Assembly (NCBI GenBank): GCA_963805855.1
Contig: CAWDVW010000007.1
Coordinates: 96,001 to 160,000, forward strand
DNA: 64,000 bases
Direction: 5' to 3'
From: Candidatus Dadabacteria bacterium
GTDB taxonomy: Bacteria > Desulfobacterota_D > UBA1144 > Nemesobacterales > CSP1-2
The notes below the pieces were generated by a model. It was not told the DNA's origin. It did not search any database and saw only the letters and a list, made by a program, of their open reading frames with translations. A program made the position numbers and the translations under genes. Positions 1 to 10,926 of the stretch are shown here, piece after piece; position 1 is the stretch's first letter; each line of letters begins with the position of its first letter.

Positions 1-18
1 TGGCAAATCTTGGAAAGA

Positions 19-762
19 TTAATTGACGTGTTTTTTCTTGCTGTATAAAAGTGGTAGGATCTCCCCGGATTTTCCGAAGATGCTCAGGTCGTATAGCCCT
101 GAATTGGGAGTGTGTTCTAAGTTGATTTCTATTACGGGCTTACCGGCCTGCTTTGCGATAAGGCCAAGAGACGCTGCGGGTTCCACTACACCGGACGTAC
201 CAACTATCAGCATCACATCACATTTTTCGATAGCAATTAGAGCACTGTCGATAATTGTTATTGGTATAATTTCTCCGAACCAGACAATATTCGGTCGCCC
301 AATCGACTGGCATTGCCCACACATTGGGGGTAATTCTCTAAAAGGCACTTCGTGGTTCTGTTCGATTTCACCACACTTTGTGCACCTTACCTGCCAGAGA
401 TTCCCATGCATCTCGATAATATTACGGCTACCGGCTAGTTGGTGCAACCCATCGATGTTTTGAGTTATGAGCGTAAAAGTTAGTATTTGGTTTTCGAGTT
501 CGGCGAGTGCATAATGACCTGGATTAGGCTTGGCATTTCTTACTATCTTTCTTCTCCACTCATACCATTCCCAAACGAGTTTTGGGTCCTTCGAGAAGGC
601 CTCTGGTGTGGCAAGGTCTTCCGAACGGAAATTTCTCCAAAGTCCGTTTTCCCCCCTAAATGTGGGTATTCCGCTCTCTGCAGAGATTCCCGCACCCGTA
701 AGCACAGTTACATTTGTTGAGTTGTCGAGCAGCCTTTTCGCCTCTAGAATCTCTTTTTCCAT
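19..762 (-). CDS. cobB: NAD-dependent protein deacylase (sirtuin, class III)
   Basis: GAGISAESGIPTFRG, TQNIDGLH, HG-x-CxxC..CxxC zinc site, GTSGVVEPAA; YEWR motif typical of desuccinylases; ATG at 762. Confidence 0.95.
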   Translation of the reverse strand: MEKEILEAKRLLDNSTNVTVLTGAGISAESGIPTFRGENGLWRNFRSEDLATPEAFSKDPKLVWEWYEWRRKIVRNAKPNPGHYALAELENQILTFTLITQNIDGLHQLAGSRNIIEMHGNLWQVRCTKCGEIEQNHEVPFRELPPMCGQCQSIGRPNIVWFGEIIPITIIDSALIAIEKCDVMLIVGTSGVVEPAASLGLIAKQAGKPVIEINLEHTPNSGLYDLSIFGKSGEILPLLYSKKKHVN

Positions 763-1019
763 ATTCAAATGGTAGGTCTACATAACTACTTTAATATAAT
801 TTATATTAATTATACAAATAATCAATTTGACGGGTTACCTATCTAATCGTCGGGGTAATAGATGAGAAATAATGCTTGCCTCAGGTCTGTGGTTGTGTTG
901 ATCGCATTGCTGACAATTCCCTGCGCAATAATAAATATGTTTGCTATGTTATAACACAATGTCAGCTTATACGATTCCAATGTGGTTGATATTTTAGAGA
1001 TTCACCTGTTTTGAGATTC

Positions 1020-1047
1020 TTGACAATTCACCCTTAGTACTTAACCT
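1020..1047 (+). promoter_or_regulatory. sigma70-type promoter for nuoA
   Basis: TTGACA (1020-1025), 16 nt, TAACCT (1042-1047). Confidence 0.55.
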
Positions 1048-1053
1048 TATTTC

Positions 1054-1410
1054 GTGCTGTCTGATTATATACCAATTTTGATTATTCTGTTTCTATCGAC
1101 ACTTCTTGCTGCCATACTTCTTGGTATTTCATATATTCTGGGACCAAGAAGATATGTGGGACGAAAGCTAAGCCCATATGAATGTGGTGTTCCCCCAACT
1201 GGTGATGCCAGGCAGAGGTTTCCGTCAAAATACTACTTGATTGCTGCATTATTCATACTGTTTGATGTAGAGTCTGTTTTTCTGTTTGCGTGGGCGGTGG
1301 TCTTCAAGGAATTGGGTGTTCTTGCCTTTGTAGAAATAATTGTCTTTTTCTTAATAATAATTGGTGGTTATTTTTATGTGTTGAAGTCGGGGGCGCTCGA
1401 ATGGGAGTAA
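1054..1410 (+). CDS. nuoA: NADH-quinone oxidoreductase subunit A
   Basis: [14 protein letters not shown]-terminal GALEWE; three hydrophobic segments. Confidence 0.95.
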   Translation: MLSDYIPILIILFLSTLLAAILLGISYILGPRRYVGRKLSPYECGVPPTGDARQRFPSKYYLIAALFILFDVESVFLFAWAVVFKELGVLAFVEIIVFFLIIIGGYFYVLKSGALEWE

Positions 1411-1886
1411 ATATGAATCCGCTCCTTGGGGGAGACGGCTTTATAACTACAAAAGTCAGCTCGTTCGCAAACTGGGCCAGGAAGAATAGTCTATGGCCCA
1501 TGCCTTTTGGTACAGCTTGTTGTGCGATAGAGATGATGGGGGTATTTGCTTCACGCTTTGACCTATCAAGATTCGGTGCTGAAGTGGCCAGATTTTCTCC
1601 ACGGCAGGCTGACCTGATGATAGTGTCCGGTACCATCACGTATAAAATGGCTTCGATCTGCCGAAGGATCTATGAGCAGATGCCGGAACCTAAGTGGGTA
1701 ATTGCAATGGGGTCATGCACGTGTGGCGGTGGGCCTTTTGACAGCTATGCGGTTGTTCAGGGAATAGACGAGTTCCTTCCTGTCGATGTTTATGTGGGAG
1801 GTTGCCCGCCTAGACCAGAGGCACTGATTGATGCCGTCATGAAGATTCAGAAGAAGATAGACATTGAGGGAGCGCCACTTGTATGA
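1401..1886 (+). CDS. nuoB: NADH-quinone oxidoreductase subunit B
   Basis: [26 protein letters not shown] at 1401 overlaps the end of nuoA. Confidence 0.95.
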   Translation: MGVNMNPLLGGDGFITTKVSSFANWARKNSLWPMPFGTACCAIEMMGVFASRFDLSRFGAEVARFSPRQADLMIVSGTITYKMASICRRIYEQMPEPKWVIAMGSCTCGGGPFDSYAVVQGIDEFLPVDVYVGGCPPRPEALIDAVMKIQKKIDIEGAPLV

Positions 1887-2398
1887 GTTCAAGTTTGCCT
1901 GAAATCATACAGTCTCTACAGAAAAGGTTCCCGGCAGCAGTGCTCGACACGAAGCTATTTAGGGGTGAAACCACCCTTATCATTAAAAGAGAAAATATCC
2001 GGGAAGTTTGCAGACATCTTAAATCTGATTTAGGTTTTTTGTTTCTGGTAGATATAACCGCTGTGGATTATTTGGGAATAAAAGCCCCTCGCTATGAAGT
2101 AATCTATCATGTTCACAGGTTTGGCTCCGATTTTGACGAGAATTTGAGGTTAAGATTGAAAGTAGAAATTCCCGAGGATGATGCAACTGTTGATTCTGTT
2201 ACACCGGCTTGGAGTGGGGCTGACTGGCTCGAAAGAGAGGCGTACGACATGTTCGGAATAGAATTTTTGGGCCACCCCGATCCGAGAAGAATTCTGATGC
2301 CAGAAGATTTTGAGCCTTTCCCTTTGCGAAAGGACTTTGATGTTAGAAATAGAGAACCGTCAAAGAAGAGTTTTGAGCGAGCCCTCGACGAAGGGTGA
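1883..2398 (+). CDS. nuoC: NADH-quinone oxidoreductase subunit C
   Basis: [31 protein letters not shown]. Confidence 0.95.
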   Translation: MSSSLPEIIQSLQKRFPAAVLDTKLFRGETTLIIKRENIREVCRHLKSDLGFLFLVDITAVDYLGIKAPRYEVIYHVHRFGSDFDENLRLRLKVEIPEDDATVDSVTPAWSGADWLEREAYDMFGIEFLGHPDPRRILMPEDFEPFPLRKDFDVRNREPSKKSFERALDEG

Positions 2399-2453
2399 TT
2401 TGAAGAGAATCTATTTAACAATACCGGCTAATTTTCAAGTCATTTGCCAATCG

Positions 2454-3677
2454 ATGGAAAGAATAGAGTTATTATCTGTACCGTCCGATATTGAAGGGAA
2501 AGAACGAACTGAAACCCTCATGCTTAATATGGGGCCACAGCACCCGTCCACCCATGGTGTGCTGAGGGTAGTTCTGAGTCTGGATGGAGAAACTGTAGTA
2601 AAAGCGGTTCCATACATCGGTTATCTTCACAGGGGCATCGAAAAGCTCTGTGAGCATATAACTTACCAGCAGTGTCTTCCATATACTGATAGGATGGATT
2701 ATCTTGCTTCTATCTGCAATAACATAGGCTTTATACTGACGATTGAAAAGCTGTTGGGTATCGAGGATGCAATACCGGAAAGGGCCAAGGTTGCCGAGGT
2801 CATACTATTCGAATTGGGAAGAATAGAATCTCACCTGGTCGGAATAGGCACAAATGCAATGGATCTTGGTGCAGTCAGCGCTTTCCTGTATTGCTTCAAG
2901 GAGAGAGAGAGGATTTACGATATCCTGGAGATGGTTTGTGGCGCCAGAATGACTACCTCGTATCCAAGGGTAGGTGGCTTGCCCCATGACCTCCCTGAGA
3001 ATTTTGAAGATGCAATAAGAAATTTCCTGAATATTTTTCCTAAGACCCTGAAAGAAGTTGATAAGCTTTTAACAAGAAACAAGATCTGGATCAGAAGAAC
3101 AAAAGGGGTTGCATACATAAGTGCGGATGACGCCATTGATCTTGGACTCACTGGACCTGCACTCAGAGGGAGTGGAGTTCCGTATGACGTGAGAAAGGCG
3201 GTACCTTACCTTGGATATCAGAACTACGATTTTGAAATCCCTGTTGCGACTGATGGGGATGCATTCTCTCGGTATCTATGTAGATTAGAGGAAATGCATC
3301 AGAGTCTTAAGATAATTGAACAGGCGATAAACAATCTGCCCGACGGACCCTTCATTGCCGACTTGCCTGAAATTGTCCTCCCTCCAAAGGATCTTGTATA
3401 TTCAAGAATGGAATCACTTATAAGGCATTTTGTAATCGTCTATGAAGGATTTAAGACACCGCCCGGTGAGGTTTATCATTCCGTAGAAAATCCGAAGGGT
3501 GAGCTGGGGTATTATATCGTCAGCAACGGTTCCGGTAAACCTTACAGGATGCGTGTAAGGGGGCCTTCTTTCGTAAATTTGCAGGCCCTGCCTAAAATGG
3601 TTGAGGGTAGTTTGTTGGCCGATGTTGTCGCGGCAATCGGCAGCATTGATATCGTGCTGGGTGAAGTAGATAGATAG
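2454..3677 (+). CDS. nuoD: NADH-quinone oxidoreductase subunit D
   Basis: NMGPQHPSTHGVLR, GYLHRGIEK, C-terminal GEVDR; start placed at ATG 2454. Confidence 0.95.
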   Translation: MERIELLSVPSDIEGKERTETLMLNMGPQHPSTHGVLRVVLSLDGETVVKAVPYIGYLHRGIEKLCEHITYQQCLPYTDRMDYLASICNNIGFILTIEKLLGIEDAIPERAKVAEVILFELGRIESHLVGIGTNAMDLGAVSAFLYCFKERERIYDILEMVCGARMTTSYPRVGGLPHDLPENFEDAIRNFLNIFPKTLKEVDKLLTRNKIWIRRTKGVAYISADDAIDLGLTGPALRGSGVPYDVRKAVPYLGYQNYDFEIPVATDGDAFSRYLCRLEEMHQSLKIIEQAINNLPDGPFIADLPEIVLPPKDLVYSRMESLIRHFVIVYEGFKTPPGEVYHSVENPKGELGYYIVSNGSGKPYRMRVRGPSFVNLQALPKMVEGSLLADVVAAIGSIDIVLGEVDR

Positions 3678-3698
3678 GGGCAGTCCTTGAATATGTGC

Positions 3699-4037
3699 TT
3701 ATGGTGAAGACCAACATGTCATAGCAATTTGTTGCCAATTGCCATTATGTACATGGACACAAAAACTCTGATCTAATATGTTTTTCCCTTCAAAAATGAC
3801 GTCGAGTGCGATATCTTTTGCCCTTGACTCGTTAGCCTGGTCAGCTTCGACCCAGACGTCCATCGGGGACTGCCATTTTGCTGAGATGACTCCGGGTATT
3901 TCACTCGGGAGCGACTGGGCAAAATTTATCTGATTATCTGTAACAGTAAACCCTTCTATGGGTTGACCATAGCCCAATTGGCTGTACAGGAAAATTAAGG
4001 TCGATAAAGCAATGGCACCTAAAGATTGTAATCTCAT
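3699..4037 (-). CDS. hypothetical exported protein
   Basis: signal-peptide-like N-terminus, RBS GGAGA upstream, follows lolA on the same strand. Confidence 0.7.
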   Translation of the reverse strand: MRLQSLGAIALSTLIFLYSQLGYGQPIEGFTVTDNQINFAQSLPSEIPGVISAKWQSPMDVWVEADQANESRAKDIALDVIFEGKNILDQSFCVHVHNGNWQQIAMTCWSSP

Positions 4038-4069
4038 TCACTGTTTCTCCCATTGTTCATGCAATTTAA

Positions 4070-4747
4070 TTACCCGCCAGGAGGGGGGACTTTTGTTATT
4101 TCTGCCCCTTTTGGCACTTTAAATTTGAACAAAGAGTCCGGTATCCCATTGTTAATTTGCATGTCGTTGAGTTTAACCGTCGTCAAGTTGCCAAATGGAT
4201 CGTAGAGATATATTGTGTTAACAAGCATGGAACCCTTATCTACCGCAACGGTAACAATGCTGTACTCTTCACTATTGTCTTTGGGTAAAAGATCAATAAA
4301 ATAGCTATTATTGTTCTCTTTCGCAGGACTATTCGTGGAGAAGCGGGCATCGAAAAGATTTTTTAAATTCCCCAGTCCCGAAATCAAAGTTGTTGTAGTC
4401 GGCGTGTCTATAACCTCACTTAGAGGAGATTCTATAACCTGTTTTTCTTCTTCGTTATAAAACCAAATTGTAATACCGTCAGATACGATTTGATCCTTCG
4501 TTGGCCTCGAATAGTTCCACCTCATTTTCCCTGGTTTTTTAAACCACACGTCGCCTTGTGCTCTCTGTACCTTGTTTAGTGCCTTTACGGTAGCTTCCTG
4601 GGTAAATTTTGAACTAAAGTCGTTTATCTTTTCATATTTTTCCTGAATCTGATTCAATACCGTATCAAGATTTTCGTTTTCTTTAGCCAGTAGTTGCGAA
4701 CGCGATAAAATCGAAGCTAAAAAAAGAACAACAATGAAGATTCTCAA
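4070..4747 (-). CDS. lolA: outer-membrane lipoprotein carrier LolA
   Basis: FKKPGKMRWNY, IVSDG-x-TIWFY, FKFKVPKGA; canonical ftsK-lolA order. Confidence 0.9.
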   Translation of the reverse strand: MRIFIVVLFLASILSRSQLLAKENENLDTVLNQIQEKYEKINDFSSKFTQEATVKALNKVQRAQGDVWFKKPGKMRWNYSRPTKDQIVSDGITIWFYNEEEKQVIESPLSEVIDTPTTTTLISGLGNLKNLFDARFSTNSPAKENNNSYFIDLLPKDNSEEYSIVTVAVDKGSMLVNTIYLYDPFGNLTTVKLNDMQINNGIPDSLFKFKVPKGAEITKVPPPGG

Positions 4748-6987
4748 TTAATTTGCCTCTCTTTGACCTGATCTATATCTATGAATACCTCTCGGGGCTT
4801 TCCTGCTGATTCCTGTGGACCTATTACGCCCTCTTTCTCCATGATCTCAACGATTCGGGCAGCTCTATTATAACCAATTTTGAGTTTTCTCTGTAGCATT
4901 GAAATCGAGGCCTGGCGAGTTTCTGCGATGATTCTCAGAGCTTCAAGATACAGTTCGTCTTTCTCATCTTCCATTTCCGGTTGAGTTTCGGATTCTTCTA
5001 TTTTTGTGATTTCCTGATTATACTCGGGTTTGGCCTGAGATTTTAGAAACTCTGTAATACTTTCTCTTTCTTCATCAGATATCAAAGCACCCTGAATCCT
5101 GAGCAACTTAGATGTTCCAGGCTGAAGGAATAGCATGTCCCCTTTTCCTAGGAGCTGTTCGGCTCCTGTGCTGTCCAATATTATTCTTGAATCTACCCTC
5201 GACGACACCAGAAAAGAAATTCTGGCCGGGAAATTTGCCTTTATGAGACCGGCTACTATATCGACTGAGGGTCTCTGCGTCGCAACTATAAGATGAATGC
5301 CCGCAGCTCTAGCCATCTGCGAGAGTCTGGTTATAGATTCTCTTATCTCGGCTGGTGCAATCATCATTAAATCTGCGAGTTCATCTATAATAATAACTAT
5401 GTATGGAAGTGAATTTTGATCGCTTTCCCTGGAATCGGACTTACCAATATAACTATTATAGCTTTCGATGTCTCTCACGCCTAATTCAGACATCAATTTA
5501 TACCTTAGTTCCATCTCCTTTACTGCCCACCTTAACGCAGCCGCAGCCTCCTTAGGGTTTGTCACTACCGGATGTAAAAGGTGGGGTATATCTTCATAGA
5601 TAGAGAGTTCGAGCATCTTTGGATCAATCATAATGAATTTTAGTTCATAAGGAGTAGCCTTGAAAAGCATACTGGCTAAAACTGTATGCAGAAAAACACT
5701 CTTACCCGACCCGGTGGTCCCTGCTATCATAAGGTGAGGGGCTCTGCGCAAATCCATGTAGAATGGAATTCCAGAAATATCTTTACCCAAAGCGAGTGTA
5801 AGCATAGATTTACTGTTCATAAATTCGGATGACTCTAACAATTCCCTGAGAACGACTGTCTCTCTCTGGGCATTTGGCACCTCAATACCAATCACATCCC
5901 TGCCTGGAATTGGTGCGATGATTCTTATGCTAAGTGCACTCAGCCCCATTGCTAAGTCGCTTGAGAGCGATGAGATTCTATTTATCTTGATTCCCGGAGA
6001 GGGCTTATATTCAAACATAGTGATTACAGGGCCGGGCCTTATCTCTGTTACCTTCCCAGACACTCCGAAATCGGAGAGTTTTTCCTCTATCAGCTTCGCA
6101 TTCGTGTATACTGCCTCCTTGTCTATAATAATGTTCCCCTTTATCTTCGGATCAAGTAAGTCAATATGTGGAAGCTTGAAGTTCTCCCTCTCTTGGACTA
6201 ACTGTTCTGAATTAATATCAGGCGTTTTTGAAGGTCTCTCAATCACGATTTGAGGAAGGTTCTCGGTATTATCCGCTATATTTTTGTTATTAGAGGTCTT
6301 GTCTGCAGCATTAATTCTTAAGTTCATAGTCTTATTATCGACTCCGCTAAGGGTTTCCTGTTTTTTAAAGAAGATCGATATTCTTTCGACTGCCGATTCG
6401 GTAGCGATACGTAAAAGGTGTAAAGAATATGCGGTCGCATCCACAAACCTCTTAAGGGTTTTCCCACTCCAGTCTAAAATTTGAGACAGGCTTAGATTCG
6501 ATAAAATAATTAAACTCAGAATGACAAGAATGGTTACAATTATATATGAACCTATTGTTCCGGCGATTTTACCCTTAAGAGTCGATGAGATTATGTCTCC
6601 TACCCAACCACCGGCTGGACTGTATCCGACGAGATAGCGGCTTCCAAAAATCAATCCCAGGATTGCGGTAGTTGAAAACAAGAAAATAAATGCTGCTATT
6701 GATTTTCTATAGAGATTGGCTCCCGGTTTGTTAAGAAATACCAATATTGCTGTATAAAACATTACCACCGGGATCACGAAAGAGGCTATTCCAAAAGCGC
6801 TTCCAAGTATATCTGATATGAACACCCCTGCCGTGCCCATAGCTCCCTTAACGTCAAAACCGGATTTGGTACTGTAAAAGATTAGGCTCAAGGAAGAAAA
6901 AAGACCGACCGTGAATAACAAAGCGGCGATAATTTCTCGTTTGATGAAATCTGATTTTTCTTTCGAGGTACTTTTAGCTTTCGCCAT
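4744..6987 (-). CDS. ftsK: DNA translocase FtsK
   Basis: N-terminal TM domain, GTTGSGKS Walker A, IDELADLM, ATQRPS, gamma domain LQRKLKIGYNRAARI. Confidence 0.97.
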   Translation of the reverse strand: MAKAKSTSKEKSDFIKREIIAALLFTVGLFSSLSLIFYSTKSGFDVKGAMGTAGVFISDILGSAFGIASFVIPVVMFYTAILVFLNKPGANLYRKSIAAFIFLFSTTAILGLIFGSRYLVGYSPAGGWVGDIISSTLKGKIAGTIGSYIIVTILVILSLIILSNLSLSQILDWSGKTLKRFVDATAYSLHLLRIATESAVERISIFFKKQETLSGVDNKTMNLRINAADKTSNNKNIADNTENLPQIVIERPSKTPDINSEQLVQERENFKLPHIDLLDPKIKGNIIIDKEAVYTNAKLIEEKLSDFGVSGKVTEIRPGPVITMFEYKPSPGIKINRISSLSSDLAMGLSALSIRIIAPIPGRDVIGIEVPNAQRETVVLRELLESSEFMNSKSMLTLALGKDISGIPFYMDLRRAPHLMIAGTTGSGKSVFLHTVLASMLFKATPYELKFIMIDPKMLELSIYEDIPHLLHPVVTNPKEAAAALRWAVKEMELRYKLMSELGVRDIESYNSYIGKSDSRESDQNSLPYIVIIIDELADLMMIAPAEIRESITRLSQMARAAGIHLIVATQRPSVDIVAGLIKANFPARISFLVSSRVDSRIILDSTGAEQLLGKGDMLFLQPGTSKLLRIQGALISDEERESITEFLKSQAKPEYNQEITKIEESETQPEMEDEKDELYLEALRIIAETRQASISMLQRKLKIGYNRAARIVEIMEKEGVIGPQESAGKPREVFIDIDQVKERQIN

Positions 6988-7121
6988 GTTTCGTTAAATT
7001 TTAATAATGAAGAAAAGTTATTTCCATAAATTTAATAATTTACTTCACATTATAAATGAATGAAAAATAGCCCACTAAAAATTAATTGTCAAATGGATAG
7101 GGCTACCCTTTTAATATCCAA

Positions 7122-8576
7122 TCAGTAATTTTGGAGTAAAGGACCCGCCGCCTTAAGAGCGAGATTCCATGACTGAAATGGGAATACTCCTAGGAGTAAG
7201 GTTACAATTGTCAGTATGGTTAGGGCTAGGGCTGAGAAGGGCTTAAGTGAAGGGAATTCGATTTTTTCCTCTCTCATATAAGCGTAGACTAGTACCCTTA
7301 AGTAATAATAAGCGGATATAACGCTGTTCAGTATTCCAATGATGGCTAACCAGTAGAAGTCGGCCTTTATTGCCGAAAGAAACACCCTGTATTTTGCAAA
7401 AAAGCCAATAGTTGGAGGAACACCGGCGAGTGAGAACATGAAGATACCGAATGCGATGGCGATAAGTGGTTTTCTCTGCCAGAGGCCTGATATATCCTCA
7501 AATGTTTCACATTCTTTTCCATCCTTGGATAGATAGGCTAAGACTCCAAAGGCTCCAAGATTCATAAAAGAATAGGCGAAGAGATAGTATAGCACGCTAC
7601 CCAGACCCGTACTTTTGCCTCCGAGATTCGCTACTACTCCGATCAGCGCATATCCTGCATGGGCGATGCTGGAGTAGGCCAGCATTCTCTTTATACTATT
7701 CTGTGCGATCGCAGCGAGGTTGCCGATGGTCATGGTAAAGGCTGATACAATCCACAAAACATGTGTCCAGTCACCTTGAATCTGATAATTGGCTACAAAA
7801 AGTATTCTCAGGAGAAAAGCAAAGGCCGCTGCTTTGACTGCTACTGACATAAATCCTGTTACAGTCATAGGAGCCCCTTCATAGATGTCTGGCACCCATT
7901 GGTGCAGGGGAAAAGCACCGATTTTGAAGATGATACCTGCAAGGATCAACGCCGATCCTACTAGATATAGAGGGTTACTTACATCAAATCTCAGAGCAAT
8001 TAAATCGAGGGAAATTGTCCCGGAGGCCCCATATAGCAGAGCTATTCCATAAAGGAGTATGGCGGACGAGAAGCCTCCCAGGACTAGATACTTCATTCCC
8101 GCTTCTGACGAAAGTACTGATCTTCTATTGAAACCCGATAGTATATAGACGGAGATCGACATGATTTCAAAGCCAAGGAAAAAGGACATGAATTCCTTTG
8201 CGGAGCTAAGGATCATCATTCCCGAGGTTGAGAATAGAACCAGTGAATAGAATTCATTTGGCCTCAAACCCATGGTACTTATGTATTCCCTGGAAAGGGT
8301 AATGGCGATGAAGCAACTGATGAGGAAAATAATGTTGAAGTATCCGGAAAATACGTCGATCGAAAGTGCTCCCGAAAAGGCAAGCGATGAATTATCTAAG
8401 CGATTAAGGTTAAGAATAAATGCGATTATGATGCCGATAAGTGCTATCCAGAAAAGCTCTTTTTTTTTATCCCGCACAATCAAAGGGTCAATCACTATCA
8501 GTATCATTCCTGTAATTATCAGTGTAATCTCTGGGCCAATCAGTAGTGTGCTCTTAAAAATTTCACTCAATTCCAT
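7122..8576 (-). CDS. nuoN: NADH-quinone oxidoreductase subunit N
   Basis: EAGMKY, FKIGAFPLHQWVPDIYEGAP, KRMLAYSSIAHAGY, SLAGVPPTIGFFAK. Confidence 0.93.
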   Translation of the reverse strand: MELSEIFKSTLLIGPEITLIITGMILIVIDPLIVRDKKKELFWIALIGIIIAFILNLNRLDNSSLAFSGALSIDVFSGYFNIIFLISCFIAITLSREYISTMGLRPNEFYSLVLFSTSGMMILSSAKEFMSFFLGFEIMSISVYILSGFNRRSVLSSEAGMKYLVLGGFSSAILLYGIALLYGASGTISLDLIALRFDVSNPLYLVGSALILAGIIFKIGAFPLHQWVPDIYEGAPMTVTGFMSVAVKAAAFAFLLRILFVANYQIQGDWTHVLWIVSAFTMTIGNLAAIAQNSIKRMLAYSSIAHAGYALIGVVANLGGKSTGLGSVLYYLFAYSFMNLGAFGVLAYLSKDGKECETFEDISGLWQRKPLIAIAFGIFMFSLAGVPPTIGFFAKYRVFLSAIKADFYWLAIIGILNSVISAYYYLRVLVYAYMREEKIEFPSLKPFSALALTILTIVTLLLGVFPFQSWNLALKAAGPLLQNY

Positions 8577-8714
8577 TTAATATCTCCAGGTGGAGTTTTG
8601 ATCGCTAGGATGTAAGCTGAGTAGAGTAGTATTGTTGAGTGACGTTTGTATGTCAAGTATTTTATCGGCCGGAATTACCTATCCTGAAAGAGCTTGAAAT
8701 CTTGGGTGAGTTTA

Positions 8715-9446
8715 TCAAAACATCCCACCGTTGATATGAAGGACCTCACCCGTTATGTAATCAGATTCTATTAAAAAAATTACTCCCATCGCTATGTCCT
8801 CTGGAGAACCATTCCTCTTCAAAGCGGTGTTTTCCACAGCCTGCTTTTTTTCCTCTTCGGTGAAGTTATCGGGGTACAGAACCGGACCTGGGGCAATGGC
8901 ATTAACGTGTATATCCGGAGCAAGTGCGCTGGCCAATGTTCTTGTGAGCATGACCAGTCCTGCCTTCGAAACCAGATACGGAATGTAGTGTTCTGTTTCT
9001 TTGGATATAACAAATGAGTCCGCGATGTTTATTATCTTTCCTGACCCCTTGTCTGACATAATCTTGACCACCTTTTGAGAGCATAGAAAAGGACCCTTTA
9101 AATTCGTATCCATGAACAAATCCCACTCGTCCTCGGAGATATCAGAAAGTTGTGTCTTAAAAAAAATTGCGGCGTTATTGACTAAGATGTCTATTGTTTT
9201 GAAATGGGCTATAGTCGATTCAACCATATTCTGTACTTCATCTGAATTGGAGACATCTGCCTTGACGGCGATGGCGCTTCTATGATTAATCCGATTTAAG
9301 TCGTTTAAGAGTTCCTTCGCATGTTTTTCCGACTTGTTGTAATTGATTACAATCTTTGCCCCTCGCTCTGCTAAAAAGAGGCAAATAGTCCGCCCGACCC
9401 GTCTAGCGCCTCCGGTTACAATTATTACCTTATCCTTGATATTCAT
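8715..9446 (-). CDS. SDR family oxidoreductase, pteridine reductase/FolM-like
   Basis: TGGARRVG cofactor motif, NNAA, YLVSK, VNAIAPG. Confidence 0.85.
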   Translation of the reverse strand: MNIKDKVIIVTGGARRVGRTICLFLAERGAKIVINYNKSEKHAKELLNDLNRINHRSAIAVKADVSNSDEVQNMVESTIAHFKTIDILVNNAAIFFKTQLSDISEDEWDLFMDTNLKGPFLCSQKVVKIMSDKGSGKIINIADSFVISKETEHYIPYLVSKAGLVMLTRTLASALAPDIHVNAIAPGPVLYPDNFTEEEKKQAVENTALKRNGSPEDIAMGVIFLIESDYITGEVLHINGGMF

Positions 9447-9516
9447 AAAAAGTGTGGAATACAGAGAAGGCAATCAATATCGTAGCTGATGTAATAATTT
9501 ATCGATAAAACTAGTT

Positions 9517-10002
9517 TTAATTCAACGACAATTTGATCTTATCTATTACTTCCTTCGCGAATATATAATCGGGACATATTTCCAGTGATTTACCGAGTTC
9601 TTCGAGGGCTTTGTTAATCATTCCTTTTGATAGGTAAATCCTTCCCAAGTTAAAGTGGGGATAATGTCTCGGCTCGTATCTTTTTGCGAGTATAGCCTTT
9701 TCCAACCATGGTATCGCTTCGTCGTATTCGCCCAGCTCAATTAGATATGCCCCAATATCGTTGTATGGGTTCCCAAAGTCCGGGTCAATCTCGATCGCTT
9801 CTTTACATTGAGCTATTGCCTCATCGAGTTTTCCTTGAAAGCTGTAGGTCCAACCAAGGAATGTGTACGCTTCTGCTGTGGGATATATATCAATTGATTT
9901 TCTGTAGTATTCTTCTGCCGAGTCGAAATCATTTACCATCTGGAATTCATAAGCTTTTTGAAAAAGTTTTATCGCTAGACTTAAATAGTTTTTCTCTGAC
10001 AT
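9517..10002 (-). CDS. tetratricopeptide repeat protein
   Basis: several TPR units (AEAYTFLGW, NPYNDIG, PHFNLG). Confidence 0.85.
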   Translation of the reverse strand: MSEKNYLSLAIKLFQKAYEFQMVNDFDSAEEYYRKSIDIYPTAEAYTFLGWTYSFQGKLDEAIAQCKEAIEIDPDFGNPYNDIGAYLIELGEYDEAIPWLEKAILAKRYEPRHYPHFNLGRIYLSKGMINKALEELGKSLEICPDYIFAKEVIDKIKLSLN

Positions 10003-10083
10003 TTATGTATTTAGATATATTTTGATATTTCTCATTCTATCACCCGCTAATTATTTAGTCAAAGCAGTCCTCGAGAGGAAATA

Positions 10084-10926
10084 TCAATAGATAGGAGAGG
10101 TAGTTAAGTCACACTCTGACTGCTCATAATCAACCATGTCTTTTATGGTTGAATTATCACTGCAGAGGGGGCATTTCGGGTCTCTCTTTACGTTTAGTTC
10201 AAGGATGTTCATGTTTAATGTGTTGAATATAAGTAATCTCCCCGAAAGCGTACGTCCAATTTGAAGGATTTCTTTCAGGGTTTCCAAAGCCTGTATCGTG
10301 CCGATCATTCCAGCGACAGCTCCGAGTATCCCTTCCTCCTGGCAGGTTGGTATCATGCCCGCGGGTGGGATTTCGGGGTAGAGGCAGCGATAGCAGGGAC
10401 CACCGGATTGTGGCTTAAATACCGATACCTGGCCTTCAAAGCGGAGTATCGCTCCCGAAACTAGTGTCTTTTTCTCAAAGTAGCACGCGTCGTTTACAAG
10501 GTAACGTGTCGGAAAATTATCGGAACCGTCCAGAACGATGTCGTATCCCTTAATTATCTCTCTGATGTTATTCTTTTTGATCGACTCTTCGTAAACGATT
10601 ACGTTCACGTCAGGATTGAGTTTTTGTAATTTTTCCCGTGCAGACACTGTCTTCGGTCTTCCTATATCATCTGTATAGTGAAGTACCTGTCTCTGGAGGT
10701 TGGTTATATCTACCTGATCGGAGTCGGCAATCCCAATGGTACCGACACCCGCCGCGGCAAGGTATAGTGCGATTGGAGAACCCAGACCTCCGGCACCAAT
10801 GCAAAATACCTTGGATCTCAGAAGCCTTTCCTGACCTACTCCGCCAATTTCGGGAAGTAATATGTTTCTGCTATATCTATATATCTGGTCCTCAGTCAGT
10901 TCAAATCGAAACTCGTCATTTTTCAT
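10084..10926 (-). CDS. moeB: ThiF/MoeB family adenylyltransferase (E1-like), no rhodanese tail
   Basis: RYSR, GAGGLGS, NLQRQ, DGSDNF, CYRC and CPLC zinc motifs. Confidence 0.9.
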   Translation of the reverse strand: MKNDEFRFELTEDQIYRYSRNILLPEIGGVGQERLLRSKVFCIGAGGLGSPIALYLAAAGVGTIGIADSDQVDITNLQRQVLHYTDDIGRPKTVSAREKLQKLNPDVNVIVYEESIKKNNIREIIKGYDIVLDGSDNFPTRYLVNDACYFEKKTLVSGAILRFEGQVSVFKPQSGGPCYRCLYPEIPPAGMIPTCQEEGILGAVAGMIGTIQALETLKEILQIGRTLSGRLLIFNTLNMNILELNVKRDPKCPLCSDNSTIKDMVDYEQSECDLTTSPIY

